Source: Candidatus Woesebacteria bacterium (GTDB lineage: Bacteria; Patescibacteriota; Microgenomatia; UBA8517). From it: 64,000 nt of DNA. A program made the translations under genes and the position numbers. Shown here piece after piece: positions 9,262-18,600 of this stretch. How positions within the stretch are numbered: the stretch's first letter is position 1; each line of letters starts with the position of its first letter. The notes below the pieces were generated by a model. That model was given only the letters and a program-made list of their open reading frames with translations, did no database searches and was not told the origin of the DNA. Location: contig CP055308.1 of assembly GCA_013374855.1 (NCBI GenBank), positions 597,310-661,309 on the forward strand, given 5' to 3'.

Positions 9262-11250
9262 ATGGAGCAGGATTTTTCTTTAAGTAAGATAGATTTGAGT
9301 CAGGATCAAGAAGTCAATTATTCTGATAGGGGTATTTCAAGGCAGACGGGTGAAGATTTGAGTACTAAAAGGTTTTTTAGTTTTTTTTCTGGATTTTCAG
9401 GAAGAAAAAAATTTTTTTTTGCTTTGGTTATTGTTTTTTTAGTATTTTTTTTCTATCTTGGTACATCAGTTTTTTTGATCTTTAGTAGGTCACAAACTTT
9501 TTATCGCACTTTGTCCTCTTTTAAATCTTCTTTATCATCTAAAAATTTAGGTGAAATAGAAAAAAATCTTGAAGCTAGCAAGGCTTCTTTGTTTTCTTTG
9601 AATAAAACATTTAATCTTGTTAGGTGGATGAAGTTTGTTCCCTTGGTGGGGGCTTATTTTGCGGATTTTGAAAGAGTTCTCAAGGCTTCTTCTTATTCGT
9701 TTGAAGCTGTTGATATGTCGCTTGGTGCTTTTGGGGGTTATCTTGATCTTTTGGGTTTTAATACAGGTTCTTCTTCTGGAACAACGGTTGATAGAATAAG
9801 TTTTATAACAAAAGCTTTACCGGAGGTTTTACCCAAAACTAGTGGTATTATTGAGAAATTGGAATTAGTGGAGAGTGAAATATCCCAAATTGATCCTAAA
9901 AGGTACCCTGTGAGATTAGGTAAGGTTGTAGTAAGAAAAAAAATGGAAGATGTCTTGGATGAAGCAAGATATATTCTTACTTCTCTGAAGGAATCTGAAC
10001 CTTTTATCCAACAGCTTCCTTATGTTTTGGGAATTGATTCACCCAGAAATTATTTGATTATTTTTCAGAATGATAAGGAGTTAAGGCCTACTGGTGGTTT
10101 TATAACTGCCTATTCTTTGTTAAAGATTGATAAGGCAACTTTCAATACAGTTAGGTCTGATGATATCTACAATCTTGATTCAAAGTATAAGCCAACAAAG
10201 CCAGCACCAGAACCAATTGTTAAGTACATAAAAGGACCGTATTCTATTTCACCCAAGTGGAGATTAAGGGATATGAATTGGTATGTTGGTTTTGATGATT
10301 CTATGGACTTGTTTGCAGAGGAAATAAGAAAATTGGGTTTTGACAATATAGATGGGATTGTGGCTGTTGATACTCATATTCTTGTTGATATTCTCAATAT
10401 TTTGGGTCCAATTGATGTTGCAGGTTATGGAAGATTTAGTAACGAGATTGTGCCGGAATGTAATTGCCCTCAGATAATATATGAGCTTGAGAGTTTTGCT
10501 GATGTGGAGGGTCCTATTGTTTGGGATCCTGCAGGAACTGGAAAAATTGTTTATGCCCCGCCTAATTGGGAGAATAGAAAGAAAATTATTGGACCTCTTA
10601 TGAATACAATCGCTGCTTATAGCTTAGGACAACCTGCAGAGAAAATTTCCGATTTGTTTTTGGTTTTTTTGAAAGCATGGAAGGGTAGGCATATACTTTT
10701 TTATTTTAATGATGATGAGGTTCAAAAGACGGCGAAGTCTTTTGGAATAACAGGCTCAGTTGCCGACTTTGATGGGGATTACCTTTTGATAAATGATGCC
10801 AACCTTGGTGGAAGAAAGTCTAACCTTTATGTTACACAAGAGGTTAGTCAGGAGATTAAAGTTAAAGAGAATGGAAATTTGGAGAAGACTTTAACTATTA
10901 CTTACAAAAATCCAGAAAAACATGATGGCTGGCTTAACTCGGTTCTTCCTAATTGGGTTAGAATTTATGTCCCTAAAGGAAGTAAGCTGATTTCAATCGA
11001 TGGTTTAATTGATAATGTAGAACCTTATGAAGAGTATGGTAAGACAGTTTTTGCTGGCTTTTTTGAGTTAAGACCTCAGGGAATAGTGAAAGTTGAAGTG
11101 AAGTATGAGATTCCTTTTGGGAAAGATGGTTATAGGTTGTATGTACAGAAACAGCCGGGCAAACCAGCTTTTCTTTATACTGCAAAGTTTGATAAAAGAG
11201 TTGAAGAGTTTTATCTTGATGCCGATAAAATATTGGATTTTTCTAAATGA
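9262..11250 (+). CDS. Large membrane-anchored extracytoplasmic protein (DUF4012-like), function unknown
   Basis: 662 aa with a single N-terminal TM (FALVIVFLVFFFYLGTSVFLIF) and a large hydrophilic domain. It is the last gene of the glycan cluster, and its stop overlaps recO as ATGA. Confidence 0.4.
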   Translation: MEQDFSLSKIDLSQDQEVNYSDRGISRQTGEDLSTKRFFSFFSGFSGRKKFFFALVIVFLVFFFYLGTSVFLIFSRSQTFYRTLSSFKSSLSSKNLGEIEKNLEASKASLFSLNKTFNLVRWMKFVPLVGAYFADFERVLKASSYSFEAVDMSLGAFGGYLDLLGFNTGSSSGTTVDRISFITKALPEVLPKTSGIIEKLELVESEISQIDPKRYPVRLGKVVVRKKMEDVLDEARYILTSLKESEPFIQQLPYVLGIDSPRNYLIIFQNDKELRPTGGFITAYSLLKIDKATFNTVRSDDIYNLDSKYKPTKPAPEPIVKYIKGPYSISPKWRLRDMNWYVGFDDSMDLFAEEIRKLGFDNIDGIVAVDTHILVDILNILGPIDVAGYGRFSNEIVPECNCPQIIYELESFADVEGPIVWDPAGTGKIVYAPPNWENRKKIIGPLMNTIAAYSLGQPAEKISDLFLVFLKAWKGRHILFYFNDDEVQKTAKSFGITGSVADFDGDYLLINDANLGGRKSNLYVTQEVSQEIKVKENGNLEKTLTITYKNPEKHDGWLNSVLPNWVRIYVPKGSKLISIDGLIDNVEPYEEYGKTVFAGFFELRPQGIVKVEVKYEIPFGKDGYRLYVQKQPGKPAFLYTAKFDKRVEEFYLDADKILDFSK

Positions 11251-11789
11251 AAAGTTTTTATTCTTCTTCCGGTTTAGTGCTTGCAAAGTATGATTATGGT
11301 GAGGCGGATTGTATTTTTTTTGTATTGACTCCTGATTTTGGTAAAATTCCTCTAATAGCAAGAGGTGTTAGAAAGATAACAAGTCGAAAAAGGAGTGCTA
11401 TGGAGGTCTTTAATATAGTGAGGTTTAAGGCGAGAAAATCTAAAAACATTTTTTTTGCAGAAGAAGTTGAGCTTGTTTGGATGTTTAAAAGAGACAGAGT
11501 TGGGCTGAGTGGAATTTCTCTTGCCTATTATTTTTCTGAAGTTCTTGACAAGATTCTTGGGGAGAATGAGCCAAATAAGCCAGTTTTTGATTTTTCTGTA
11601 AACTTTTTTAAAAGGATAGGTAAGGTTCGAGACTTGAAATGTTTGAGGATTGAGTTTGTTAAAAGATTGCTTGTCCTTTTGGGGTTTTGGCCAGATGGCA
11701 AAAATATGACAAATCCTGATTTGATTTTAGAAAGCATTCTGGAGAGAAATTTGAGTACAAAAGAAGTTGGTATTAAAGTTTTAGCTTAG
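11247..11789 (+). CDS. recO: DNA repair protein RecO (short form)
   Basis: N-terminal OB-fold signature GLVLAKYDYGEADCIFFVLTPDFGKIPLIARG. Only 180 aa, with no obvious C-terminal Zn-finger cysteines. Confidence 0.6.
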   Translation: MKSFYSSSGLVLAKYDYGEADCIFFVLTPDFGKIPLIARGVRKITSRKRSAMEVFNIVRFKARKSKNIFFAEEVELVWMFKRDRVGLSGISLAYYFSEVLDKILGENEPNKPVFDFSVNFFKRIGKVRDLKCLRIEFVKRLLVLLGFWPDGKNMTNPDLILESILERNLSTKEVGIKVLA

Positions 11790-11812
11790 TTTGTAGTATA
11801 CTATTGAGGTTT

Positions 11813-13096
11813 ATGAATTTACTTGACAAAATTGTTTCTTTAGCGAAAAGGCGGGGTTTTGTTTATCCTGGGAGTGAAATTTATGGAGGATTAGCTAATA
11901 CTTATGATTATGGCCCTCTTGGGATAGAACTTCTTAAGAATATTGAGGATTTATGGTGGAAGCGATTTATTTTGAGGAGAAGTGATGTCTACGGTATAGG
12001 CACGAGTATTTTAATGAATCGTAAAGTTTGGGAAGCCTCTGGCCATGTTGAAAGTTTTGTTGATCCCCTGGTGGAGTGCCTTTCTTGTCATAAGAGATTT
12101 AGGGAGGACCATCTGGAGAATAAGGCCAAATGCCCTGAGTGTAAAGGCAGGTTAACCTCTCCAAAGATGTTTCAGGGCATGTTTAAAACCCATGTTGGGG
12201 CAACAGAGGATAAAGGTAGTGAGGTTTTTTTAAGGCCAGAGACAGCTCAAGGTATGTTTGTTAATTTTAAAAATGTATTGGATAGTATTCATCCAAAACT
12301 CCCTTTTGGTATTGCTCAGATTGGTAAGGGGTTTCGCAATGAAATAACATTGGGTAATTTTGTTTTTAGGACATTGGAATTTGACATGATGGAGATAGAG
12401 TATTTTGTTGAAGAGAAGGATTGGGAGGATACTTTTGAATATTGGAAAGAGGAAATGTGGCAATGGCTTTTGGATTTAGGGGTGTCTCCTTTGCGTTTGA
12501 GCTGGCGAGAACACTCTGCCAAGGAAAGAGCGCATTATTCCAAAAGGACTGAAGACATTGAGTATGAATTTCCTTTTGGAAGATCAGAACTTTATGGGCT
12601 TGCCTACCGTGGGGATTATGATCTAAAGAATCATTCAGAAAAATCGGGAATTGATTTGAGGTATACCACGGAGGATGGAAAATCTTTTTATCCTCATGTG
12701 GTGGAGCCAACGTTTGGTGCAAACAGGACTTTTTTAGTTCTTCTTCTTGAAGCATATTATGAGGATAAGGATAGAGTTGTTTTAAAGCTTAATCCTCGTG
12801 TGGCCCCGTACAAAGTAGCTGTTTTTCCTCTTCTTGCAAATAAAGAAGAGCTTTTAGGAAAGGCGAGAGCTATATATGAAAATCTTTTACCTTCTCTGCC
12901 TTCGGTATTTGATGACAGAGGAAATATTGGAAAGAGATATTTTTCTCAAGACGAGATAGGTACACCATGGTGTGTTACGGTTGATTTTCAGACTCTTAAG
13001 GATGATACTGTTACTGTTCGAGATAGAGATACCAAAAAGCAAGAAAGAGTAGGAGTTGAAAGTTTAGAGAAGTATTTTTTAGATAAGCTAATTTAG
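11813..13096 (+). CDS. glyQS: Glycine--tRNA ligase (alpha2 GlyQS type)
   Basis: FVYPGSEIYGGLANTYDYGPLG…class II motifs. The track start at 11804 is TTG. An ATG at 11813 is preceded by GAGG. Confidence 0.85.
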   Translation: MNLLDKIVSLAKRRGFVYPGSEIYGGLANTYDYGPLGIELLKNIEDLWWKRFILRRSDVYGIGTSILMNRKVWEASGHVESFVDPLVECLSCHKRFREDHLENKAKCPECKGRLTSPKMFQGMFKTHVGATEDKGSEVFLRPETAQGMFVNFKNVLDSIHPKLPFGIAQIGKGFRNEITLGNFVFRTLEFDMMEIEYFVEEKDWEDTFEYWKEEMWQWLLDLGVSPLRLSWREHSAKERAHYSKRTEDIEYEFPFGRSELYGLAYRGDYDLKNHSEKSGIDLRYTTEDGKSFYPHVVEPTFGANRTFLVLLLEAYYEDKDRVVLKLNPRVAPYKVAVFPLLANKEELLGKARAIYENLLPSLPSVFDDRGNIGKRYFSQDEIGTPWCVTVDFQTLKDDTVTVRDRDTKKQERVGVESLEKYFLDKLI

Positions 13097-13111
13097 TAGT
13101 ATAATTTTTTT

Positions 13112-13867
13112 ATGGAAACTCTAAAAAAATATTTCCCCTTTTTGATTCTAGTTTTAGGGGTTCTATTTTTGGTTGTTGGTATTTTTGTTTTTGTGAATAA
13201 TAGGAATAAGGCAACAAAGGTTGAGAAAAATGAGGAAGCAGAGGAAGAGGTTTTAGAAATTCCTTTTGAAAAAAGGCCTTTTGTCAAATTAATACCAAGC
13301 AAAGACGGACATTGGTTAAAACTTTCGGTTTCTGAAATTAAGGTTAAAGCAAAAACTTTGGATTATGAGCTTTTGTATAAGCTTCCTGATGGTAGAACGC
13401 AGGGTGTGCCAGGCACAATAGAGTTAAAGGATGATAATTTTGAGCGAGATATACTTTTGGGTTCTGAGTCTTCTGGCAAGTTTAGATACGATGAAGGGGT
13501 GAAGGAAGGAACTCTAACTTTGCGGTTTAGAAACGAAGCTGGTAAGCTTGTTGGAAAGCTTTCAGGCGGTTTTACTTTGAATTTTGATTCTGATTTACTT
13601 TCTTCTTCAGATGGTAAGTTTAATTATGAATTGTCGGAAGTACCCAAAGGGGTTTACCTTGTTGTCTGCGACACTTTTGGGACACCAGTCTTGCCGGAGT
13701 TTAAGGTAGTATCAGGCCCTTATGGAATTTTTACATCAAGCGATAAAAAAATCTCGGGCAGTGTAAAAAATGCTCTAGGACAGGTTTATTATTTAGATAA
13801 TAATTCTTGGATTAAATTAGATACCCAAAAACCTTCAAGCATTGGTATTTTTGCCTTGGCTGAGTAG
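13112..13867 (+). CDS. Hypothetical membrane-anchored protein
   Basis: 251-aa ORF with an N-terminal TM helix and a hydrophilic remainder. It sits just downstream of a TATAAT box. Confidence 0.4.
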   Translation: METLKKYFPFLILVLGVLFLVVGIFVFVNNRNKATKVEKNEEAEEEVLEIPFEKRPFVKLIPSKDGHWLKLSVSEIKVKAKTLDYELLYKLPDGRTQGVPGTIELKDDNFERDILLGSESSGKFRYDEGVKEGTLTLRFRNEAGKLVGKLSGGFTLNFDSDLLSSSDGKFNYELSEVPKGVYLVVCDTFGTPVLPEFKVVSGPYGIFTSSDKKISGSVKNALGQVYYLDNNSWIKLDTQKPSSIGIFALAE

Positions 13868-13983
13868 AGTAGGTGCTTCTGCATATTTGTTAATTCTGTT
13901 TTTTGGCTTTTCTTTCTATTTCTGGAGATGGGGGTGTGAGACTTTGCTATTTTCGTGTCTCTCTAGTTTTGTGAAAAAGGGTC

Positions 13984-14012
13984 TTGACAAGTGTGTAAAA
14001 TGATGTGAAAAT
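13984..14012 (+). promoter_or_regulatory. Putative sigma70-type promoter of the mraZ/dcw operon (TTGACA-N17-GAAAAT)
   Basis: TTGACA at 13984-13989, then a 17-nt spacer preceded by TGt, then GAAAAT at 14007-14012. Confidence 0.3.
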
Positions 14013-14039
14013 GGTTTATAGTGGTTTAAAGTGGTGAAT
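13990..14039 (+). promoter_or_regulatory. Putative MraZ operator: five GTG/GTGG-containing direct repeats phased at 10 bp
   Basis: Five successive 10-mers: AGTGTGTAAA, ATGATGTGAA, AATGGTTTAT, AGTGGTTTAA, AGTGGTGAAT. The array lies immediately upstream of the mraZ start. Confidence 0.35.
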
Positions 14040-14074
14040 ATCAAATATGAATATACCTGCCCAAAAAGAAGAAA

Positions 14075-14512
14075 ATGTTTCTAGGAAGATATTACTCTTA
14101 TGTTACCCAAAAAGGCAGGGTGGCCTTACCTTCGAAATTTCGGGTTGCTACTGGCAAGAATATAGTGATTACCCGATGGTACGAAAAATGCCTTGTTATT
14201 GTTGGGAGGGAGAATTGGAAAAAGTTCTTTGACCGATTGTTTAAAAGAGAGAGTGTGCCAACTCGTCCTGTTAGGTCAACCGAACGATTTATTTTTTCAA
14301 CAGCTTATGAAGCCGAGTTGGATGATCAAGGCAGGTTTGTTTTGCCTGCCTTTTTGAGGGAGATAAGTGGCATTAAAGAGGGGAGCGAGGTGGTTTTTTT
14401 AGGTTTGGGGGATAGGATTGAGCTTTGGGAAAAGAAAACTTGGGATGAAGAGGAGGAGATAGTTAAAGGAGAGGCAGACAGAATGCTTGAGAAAATATCA
14501 AAAGGTTCATAG
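14075..14512 (+). CDS. mraZ: Transcriptional regulator MraZ
   Basis: MFLGRYYSYVTQKGRVALPSKFR…a second repeat VLPAFLREISGIKEG. The duplicated SpoVT/AbrB-like halves are typical of MraZ. Confidence 0.85.
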   Translation: MFLGRYYSYVTQKGRVALPSKFRVATGKNIVITRWYEKCLVIVGRENWKKFFDRLFKRESVPTRPVRSTERFIFSTAYEAELDDQGRFVLPAFLREISGIKEGSEVVFLGLGDRIELWEKKTWDEEEEIVKGEADRMLEKISKGS

Positions 14513-14514
14513 GT

Positions 14515-15426
14515 ATGTTTGAAAAGGGTTTTCACAAGCCTGTTTTGGTAGATGAAGTTATAGAGTTTTTAGGTTTTAAGAAATTTGCACATTCAAAAAC
14601 AAAAGGTAAGTTTATAGATGCTACCTTGGGCCTTGGGGGCTATGAGCTTTTTTTGGAGAATTTTAAACTTAAAATTTTGGGAATAGATGTTGACGAAAAG
14701 AGCATTTCTATTGCAAAGGAGAGACTAAAAAAGGCAGGTATTGTTAAAGACATTGTTTTTGAGAAGGCTAATTTTAGAAACATCTCTGAGGTAGCAAAGA
14801 AGCACGGCTTTATTAATTCGGATATTATCCTTTTTGATTTGGGAGTCTCGTCTTATCAGCTTGAGAGTCCTAGTTATGGTCTTTCCTTTAAGTATCCCAA
14901 GGCTGCTCTTGATATGAGATTAGACAGACAAAATAATTTGGTTTGTGCTAGGGATATACTTAATTTTTTTGATGTTGGTAAACTGCGGAGCGTCTTTAAG
15001 CTTACTTTGAGTGATAAAGATGCTTATCTTTTGGCTCGGGAAATAGTTAGGGAGAGGCAAGAAAACAAATTCAATACGGTTGGAGATTTGCTTAAGGTGG
15101 TAGCTAGAGTAATTAGAGAGAGAGATAAAAGATTAAATCCAGCAACAAAAGTTTTTCTTGCTTTGAGAATGGTGGTAAATAGCGAGATTGAGAATTTGAA
15201 AGAGGCTTTGCCTCTGTCATTTGAGCTATTAAAAAGAGGTGGAAGATTGGGAGTGATAAGTTTTCATTCCGGGGAAGATAGAGTTGTTAAAAAAATTTTT
15301 TTTGATTTGGAGAAGGAGAAGAAGGGGAAGATTTTAATTAGAAAACCTGTTTTTCCTTCGACAAATGAGGTCTTGGAAAATCCAAGATCAAGAAGTGCAA
15401 GGTTGAGAATTATTGAAAAGATATGA
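14515..15426 (+). CDS. rsmH: 16S rRNA (cytosine1402-N4)-methyltransferase RsmH
   Basis: HKPVLVDEVIEFL…DATLGLGGY…VISFHSGEDRVVK. Confidence 0.85.
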   Translation: MFEKGFHKPVLVDEVIEFLGFKKFAHSKTKGKFIDATLGLGGYELFLENFKLKILGIDVDEKSISIAKERLKKAGIVKDIVFEKANFRNISEVAKKHGFINSDIILFDLGVSSYQLESPSYGLSFKYPKAALDMRLDRQNNLVCARDILNFFDVGKLRSVFKLTLSDKDAYLLAREIVRERQENKFNTVGDLLKVVARVIRERDKRLNPATKVFLALRMVVNSEIENLKEALPLSFELLKRGGRLGVISFHSGEDRVVKKIFFDLEKEKKGKILIRKPVFPSTNEVLENPRSRSARLRIIEKI

Positions 15427-15749
15427 GAAGTAAGTACATACCAGTTTATTGTAGAAGGAAAGATAAAAGATTTAGCTTTAGTGTATTTAAAGTTTGTCTT
15501 TTTTTTGCATTAATTTCCTTTATGGGCAGTGTCTTTTGGGTGGTACAATCGACTTTTGCTTTTTTTAAGATTTCTTCTTTGGAAAAGGAAGAAGATAAGT
15601 TAATTCAGGAAAAAACTTCTCTTGAGGAGAAATTGTTTAAAGCCGACTCTTTGAATAATGTTGTTTCAGTTTCTCATTATAGAGGGTTTACAAGTATGGT
15701 TAATTTTGTGTATTTGTCTAACGAAAAACCTGTTGCTAAACTTCCTTGA
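15423..15749 (+). CDS. FtsL-like small bitopic division protein
   Basis: 108 aa: one TM followed by a coiled-coil (LEKEEDKLIQEKTSLEEKL). Position between rsmH and ftsI. ATGA overlaps on both sides. Confidence 0.4.
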   Translation: MRSKYIPVYCRRKDKRFSFSVFKVCLFFALISFMGSVFWVVQSTFAFFKISSLEKEEDKLIQEKTSLEEKLFKADSLNNVVSVSHYRGFTSMVNFVYLSNEKPVAKLP

Positions 15750-17476
15750 TTTTTATGGATTTAAGAATTAGACTTGTTGGTGTTACCTTCTTGATCTTTG
15801 TTTTAATCATTATTGTCAGGCTTTTTTTCTGGCAAATTGTAAGGGGTGAAAAATTAGCAAAGCTGGGCAGGAGTCAGATTGAGAAGGATAACTTCTCACT
15901 GATTAAGAGGGGGAATATTTTAGCAGATGATAGTTCATTACTGGCAGCTTCTGTTAATGGATGGCTTGTTTATGCTTATTTGCCTGAAGTTGAAGATAAC
16001 TTGCAAAGTTTATCTTCACGTTTGGCTTTGGAATTTGTTGATCAGTATGCTTCGGGGGACAGGTACAGAGAGGATCTTGAGAAGGAGAAAAACAGATTAT
16101 TGGGTTTGCTTACTAGAAAAGATGTTAAATGGGTGGCTTTGAAGTCCCGATTGAGTGACGAAAAAAAGAAGAAGATAGAATCGCTTGGGATAAAGGGTAT
16201 TGGTTTCCAGGTGGAAGAGATGCGTTTTTATCCGGAAGCATCCTCCGCAGCCCATCTTTTGGGGTTTGTAGGTAAAGATGATAAGGGTAATAATAAGGGT
16301 TATTTTGGGCTTGAAGGCTATTACAACTTGATTTTAAGTGGGAAGAAGTCCTACGGAAAGAAAGAAGGGAATTTTGTCTTCTCTTTTATTTCAGACAGAG
16401 TAAAAGATAATCTTTCAAAAAAGCATGTTGATATAAGGACACATATTGATAAGGGGCTTCAGATCTTGGCTGAGAAAAAACTAGCTGAGGGTATAGAGAA
16501 ATATGGAGCAAAGGGTGGAAGTGTAGTTGTTATGGAGCCCAAAACAGGTGCAATAAAAGTTTCTGTTTCATTTCCTTCTTATGATCCTTTTGAATATTTT
16601 AGGTTTGGCGATGAGTTTTTTAAGGATCCTGTAATTTCTTATGGTTTTGAGCCTGGATCTGTTTTTAAAGTGATAGTTATGGCTTCAGCGCTTGATGCTA
16701 AAGCTGTGGATACAGATACGAGGTGTGATATTTGCGAAGGCCCTTTGAAAGTGGATAAGTACTTTATAAGAACTTGGAATGATAAGTATCACCCTAATTC
16801 TACAATGACAGAAGTTATAGTTAACTCTGATAATGTTGGAATGTCCTTTGTGGCAAAAAGGCTGGGAAAAGAAAGAATGTATGAGTATCTTAGGAGATTT
16901 GGTTTTGGAAAACCGACAGGTATAGATTTAGAAGGGGAGATATCCCCTCCTTTGAGGGAGAAGGATGAATGGAGTGAGGTTGATTTAGTGACTGCTTCTT
17001 TTGGTCAAGGAATAGCTGTGACGCCCATACAATTGGTAAGAGCGGTTTCAGCTATTGCCAATGGTGGAATTTTAATAAAACCAAAGGTAGTAAAAGATAT
17101 TATAGTTGGTGGTTTATCAAAATCATTGGAACCTGAATCAGATGGTAGGGTAATAAGTGAGGAGACAGCATCCAAAATTGTAATGATGATGGCTGAGGCT
17201 GCCAGGAGTGGTGAATCAAAATGGACTTATCTGAAGGGTTTTAAAGTGGCAGGTAAAACAGGGACAGCTCAGGTTCCAATAGAAGGTCACTATGATTCGG
17301 AAAAAACCATAGCTTCTTACGTTGGATTTGCCCCATACGACGATCCTCGTTTTGTAATGCTAGTTACTTTAATCGAACCAACCACTTCTCCTTGGGCATC
17401 AGAAACTGCAGCTCCTCTTTGGTATGCAATAGCAAAAGACTTGTTTGTTTTCTATAAGATCAAACCAGAAGAGTAA
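15746..17476 (+). CDS. ftsI: Class B penicillin-binding protein (FtsI-like transpeptidase)
   Basis: N-terminal TM, a dimerisation domain, and transpeptidase motifs (…KTGTAQ…). Position in the dcw cluster. Confidence 0.8.
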   Translation: MIFMDLRIRLVGVTFLIFVLIIIVRLFFWQIVRGEKLAKLGRSQIEKDNFSLIKRGNILADDSSLLAASVNGWLVYAYLPEVEDNLQSLSSRLALEFVDQYASGDRYREDLEKEKNRLLGLLTRKDVKWVALKSRLSDEKKKKIESLGIKGIGFQVEEMRFYPEASSAAHLLGFVGKDDKGNNKGYFGLEGYYNLILSGKKSYGKKEGNFVFSFISDRVKDNLSKKHVDIRTHIDKGLQILAEKKLAEGIEKYGAKGGSVVVMEPKTGAIKVSVSFPSYDPFEYFRFGDEFFKDPVISYGFEPGSVFKVIVMASALDAKAVDTDTRCDICEGPLKVDKYFIRTWNDKYHPNSTMTEVIVNSDNVGMSFVAKRLGKERMYEYLRRFGFGKPTGIDLEGEISPPLREKDEWSEVDLVTASFGQGIAVTPIQLVRAVSAIANGGILIKPKVVKDIIVGGLSKSLEPESDGRVISEETASKIVMMMAEAARSGESKWTYLKGFKVAGKTGTAQVPIEGHYDSEKTIASYVGFAPYDDPRFVMLVTLIEPTTSPWASETAAPLWYAIAKDLFVFYKIKPEE

Positions 17477-17535
17477 TTGGAAAATTTTGTTATGGAGAAA
17501 TGATTTAATTTGTTATAATTTAGATCGATACTCAT

Positions 17536-18591
17536 ATGCAAAATTATTTAACCTTATTTTTGGGAGTTATTATTTTTTCCTTTGTGGTGACAAGTGTTTT
17601 GATAGTTCCTTACATAGACTTGCTTTTTAAGCTTAAACTTCAGCGACGCAAAGAAGCTCCCAAAAAAGGTAAGGTGCCTCTTTTCGACAAGCTTCACGAT
17701 GTTAAAGCAGGTACCCCTATAGGGGGTGGAATTTTGGTTATTTTAGTAGTTACCTTGCTTTTTCTTTTTATATTTCCTTTTTCTGCAAGAATGGGGGTTT
17801 ATATAAGGAGTGCTTTTAATTTAAGGCAGGAGATTGGTGTTATACTTTTTACTTTTGTTTCTTTTGGAATTCTTGGTTTCTTGGATGATTATGTAAAGAT
17901 TTTTGGAAAAGGAAAAAAGGGAGCTTTGTCATTGGGAATTTCTTATGGATTAACTAGATTTCAAAAATTTCTAATTCAGTGGATTTTAGCGTTCGTCATT
18001 TCATCCTTTTTGTATTTTAAAATGGGTATAGCCATTCTTCATATTCCCTTTTTGGATGAAAATCTAAATTTGGGCATTTTGTATGTTCCTTTTGCTGCTT
18101 TTATTATAGTCTTGTTTTCCAATGCTTATAATATTACTGATGGTCTTGATGGTTTGGCGGCTGGGATGTTGGTTATTGCTCTTGCTGTTTTTGCAGTAAT
18201 AGCTGGTGGAAATTTAGACGCTCCCCTTTCAGTTTTCATAGCTTTGTGGATTGGGTCTTTAATTTCTTTTCTTTATTTTAATGTTTGGCCGGCAAGAATT
18301 TTTCTTGGTGACGGTGGTGCTTTATCTTTTGGTGCAACCTTGGCGCTTATTGGTCTTTTGACAGGGTCTATTTTTGCTTTGTTTTTGGTTGGAGGTATTT
18401 ATCTTTTGGAAACAGCAACTTCTGCAATTCAAATTTTTGGTTGGAAGGTTCTTAGGAGGCCTATATTTCTGATAGCACCGGCTCATCATATTTTTTTGGC
18501 TAAAGGTTGGGAGGAACCAAAGATTGTTTCTCGCGCTTGGTTTGCGGCTTTAATACTTGGTATTTTTGCTTTGTGGGTTTCTACGATTTAG
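17536..18591 (+). CDS. mraY: Phospho-N-acetylmuramoyl-pentapeptide transferase MraY
   Basis: NAYNITDGLDGLAAG and the HHIF…signature of the PNPT family. Confidence 0.9.
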   Translation: MQNYLTLFLGVIIFSFVVTSVLIVPYIDLLFKLKLQRRKEAPKKGKVPLFDKLHDVKAGTPIGGGILVILVVTLLFLFIFPFSARMGVYIRSAFNLRQEIGVILFTFVSFGILGFLDDYVKIFGKGKKGALSLGISYGLTRFQKFLIQWILAFVISSFLYFKMGIAILHIPFLDENLNLGILYVPFAAFIIVLFSNAYNITDGLDGLAAGMLVIALAVFAVIAGGNLDAPLSVFIALWIGSLISFLYFNVWPARIFLGDGGALSFGATLALIGLLTGSIFALFLVGGIYLLETATSAIQIFGWKVLRRPIFLIAPAHHIFLAKGWEEPKIVSRAWFAALILGIFALWVSTI

Positions 18592-18600
18592 ATAGCCTAT

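Noticed and set aside
14047-14232. 61-aa ORF overlapping the mraZ start in another frame.
   Set aside because: The mraZ frame gives the conserved MraZ N-terminus from the ATG at 14075. This ORF is a frame artefact.
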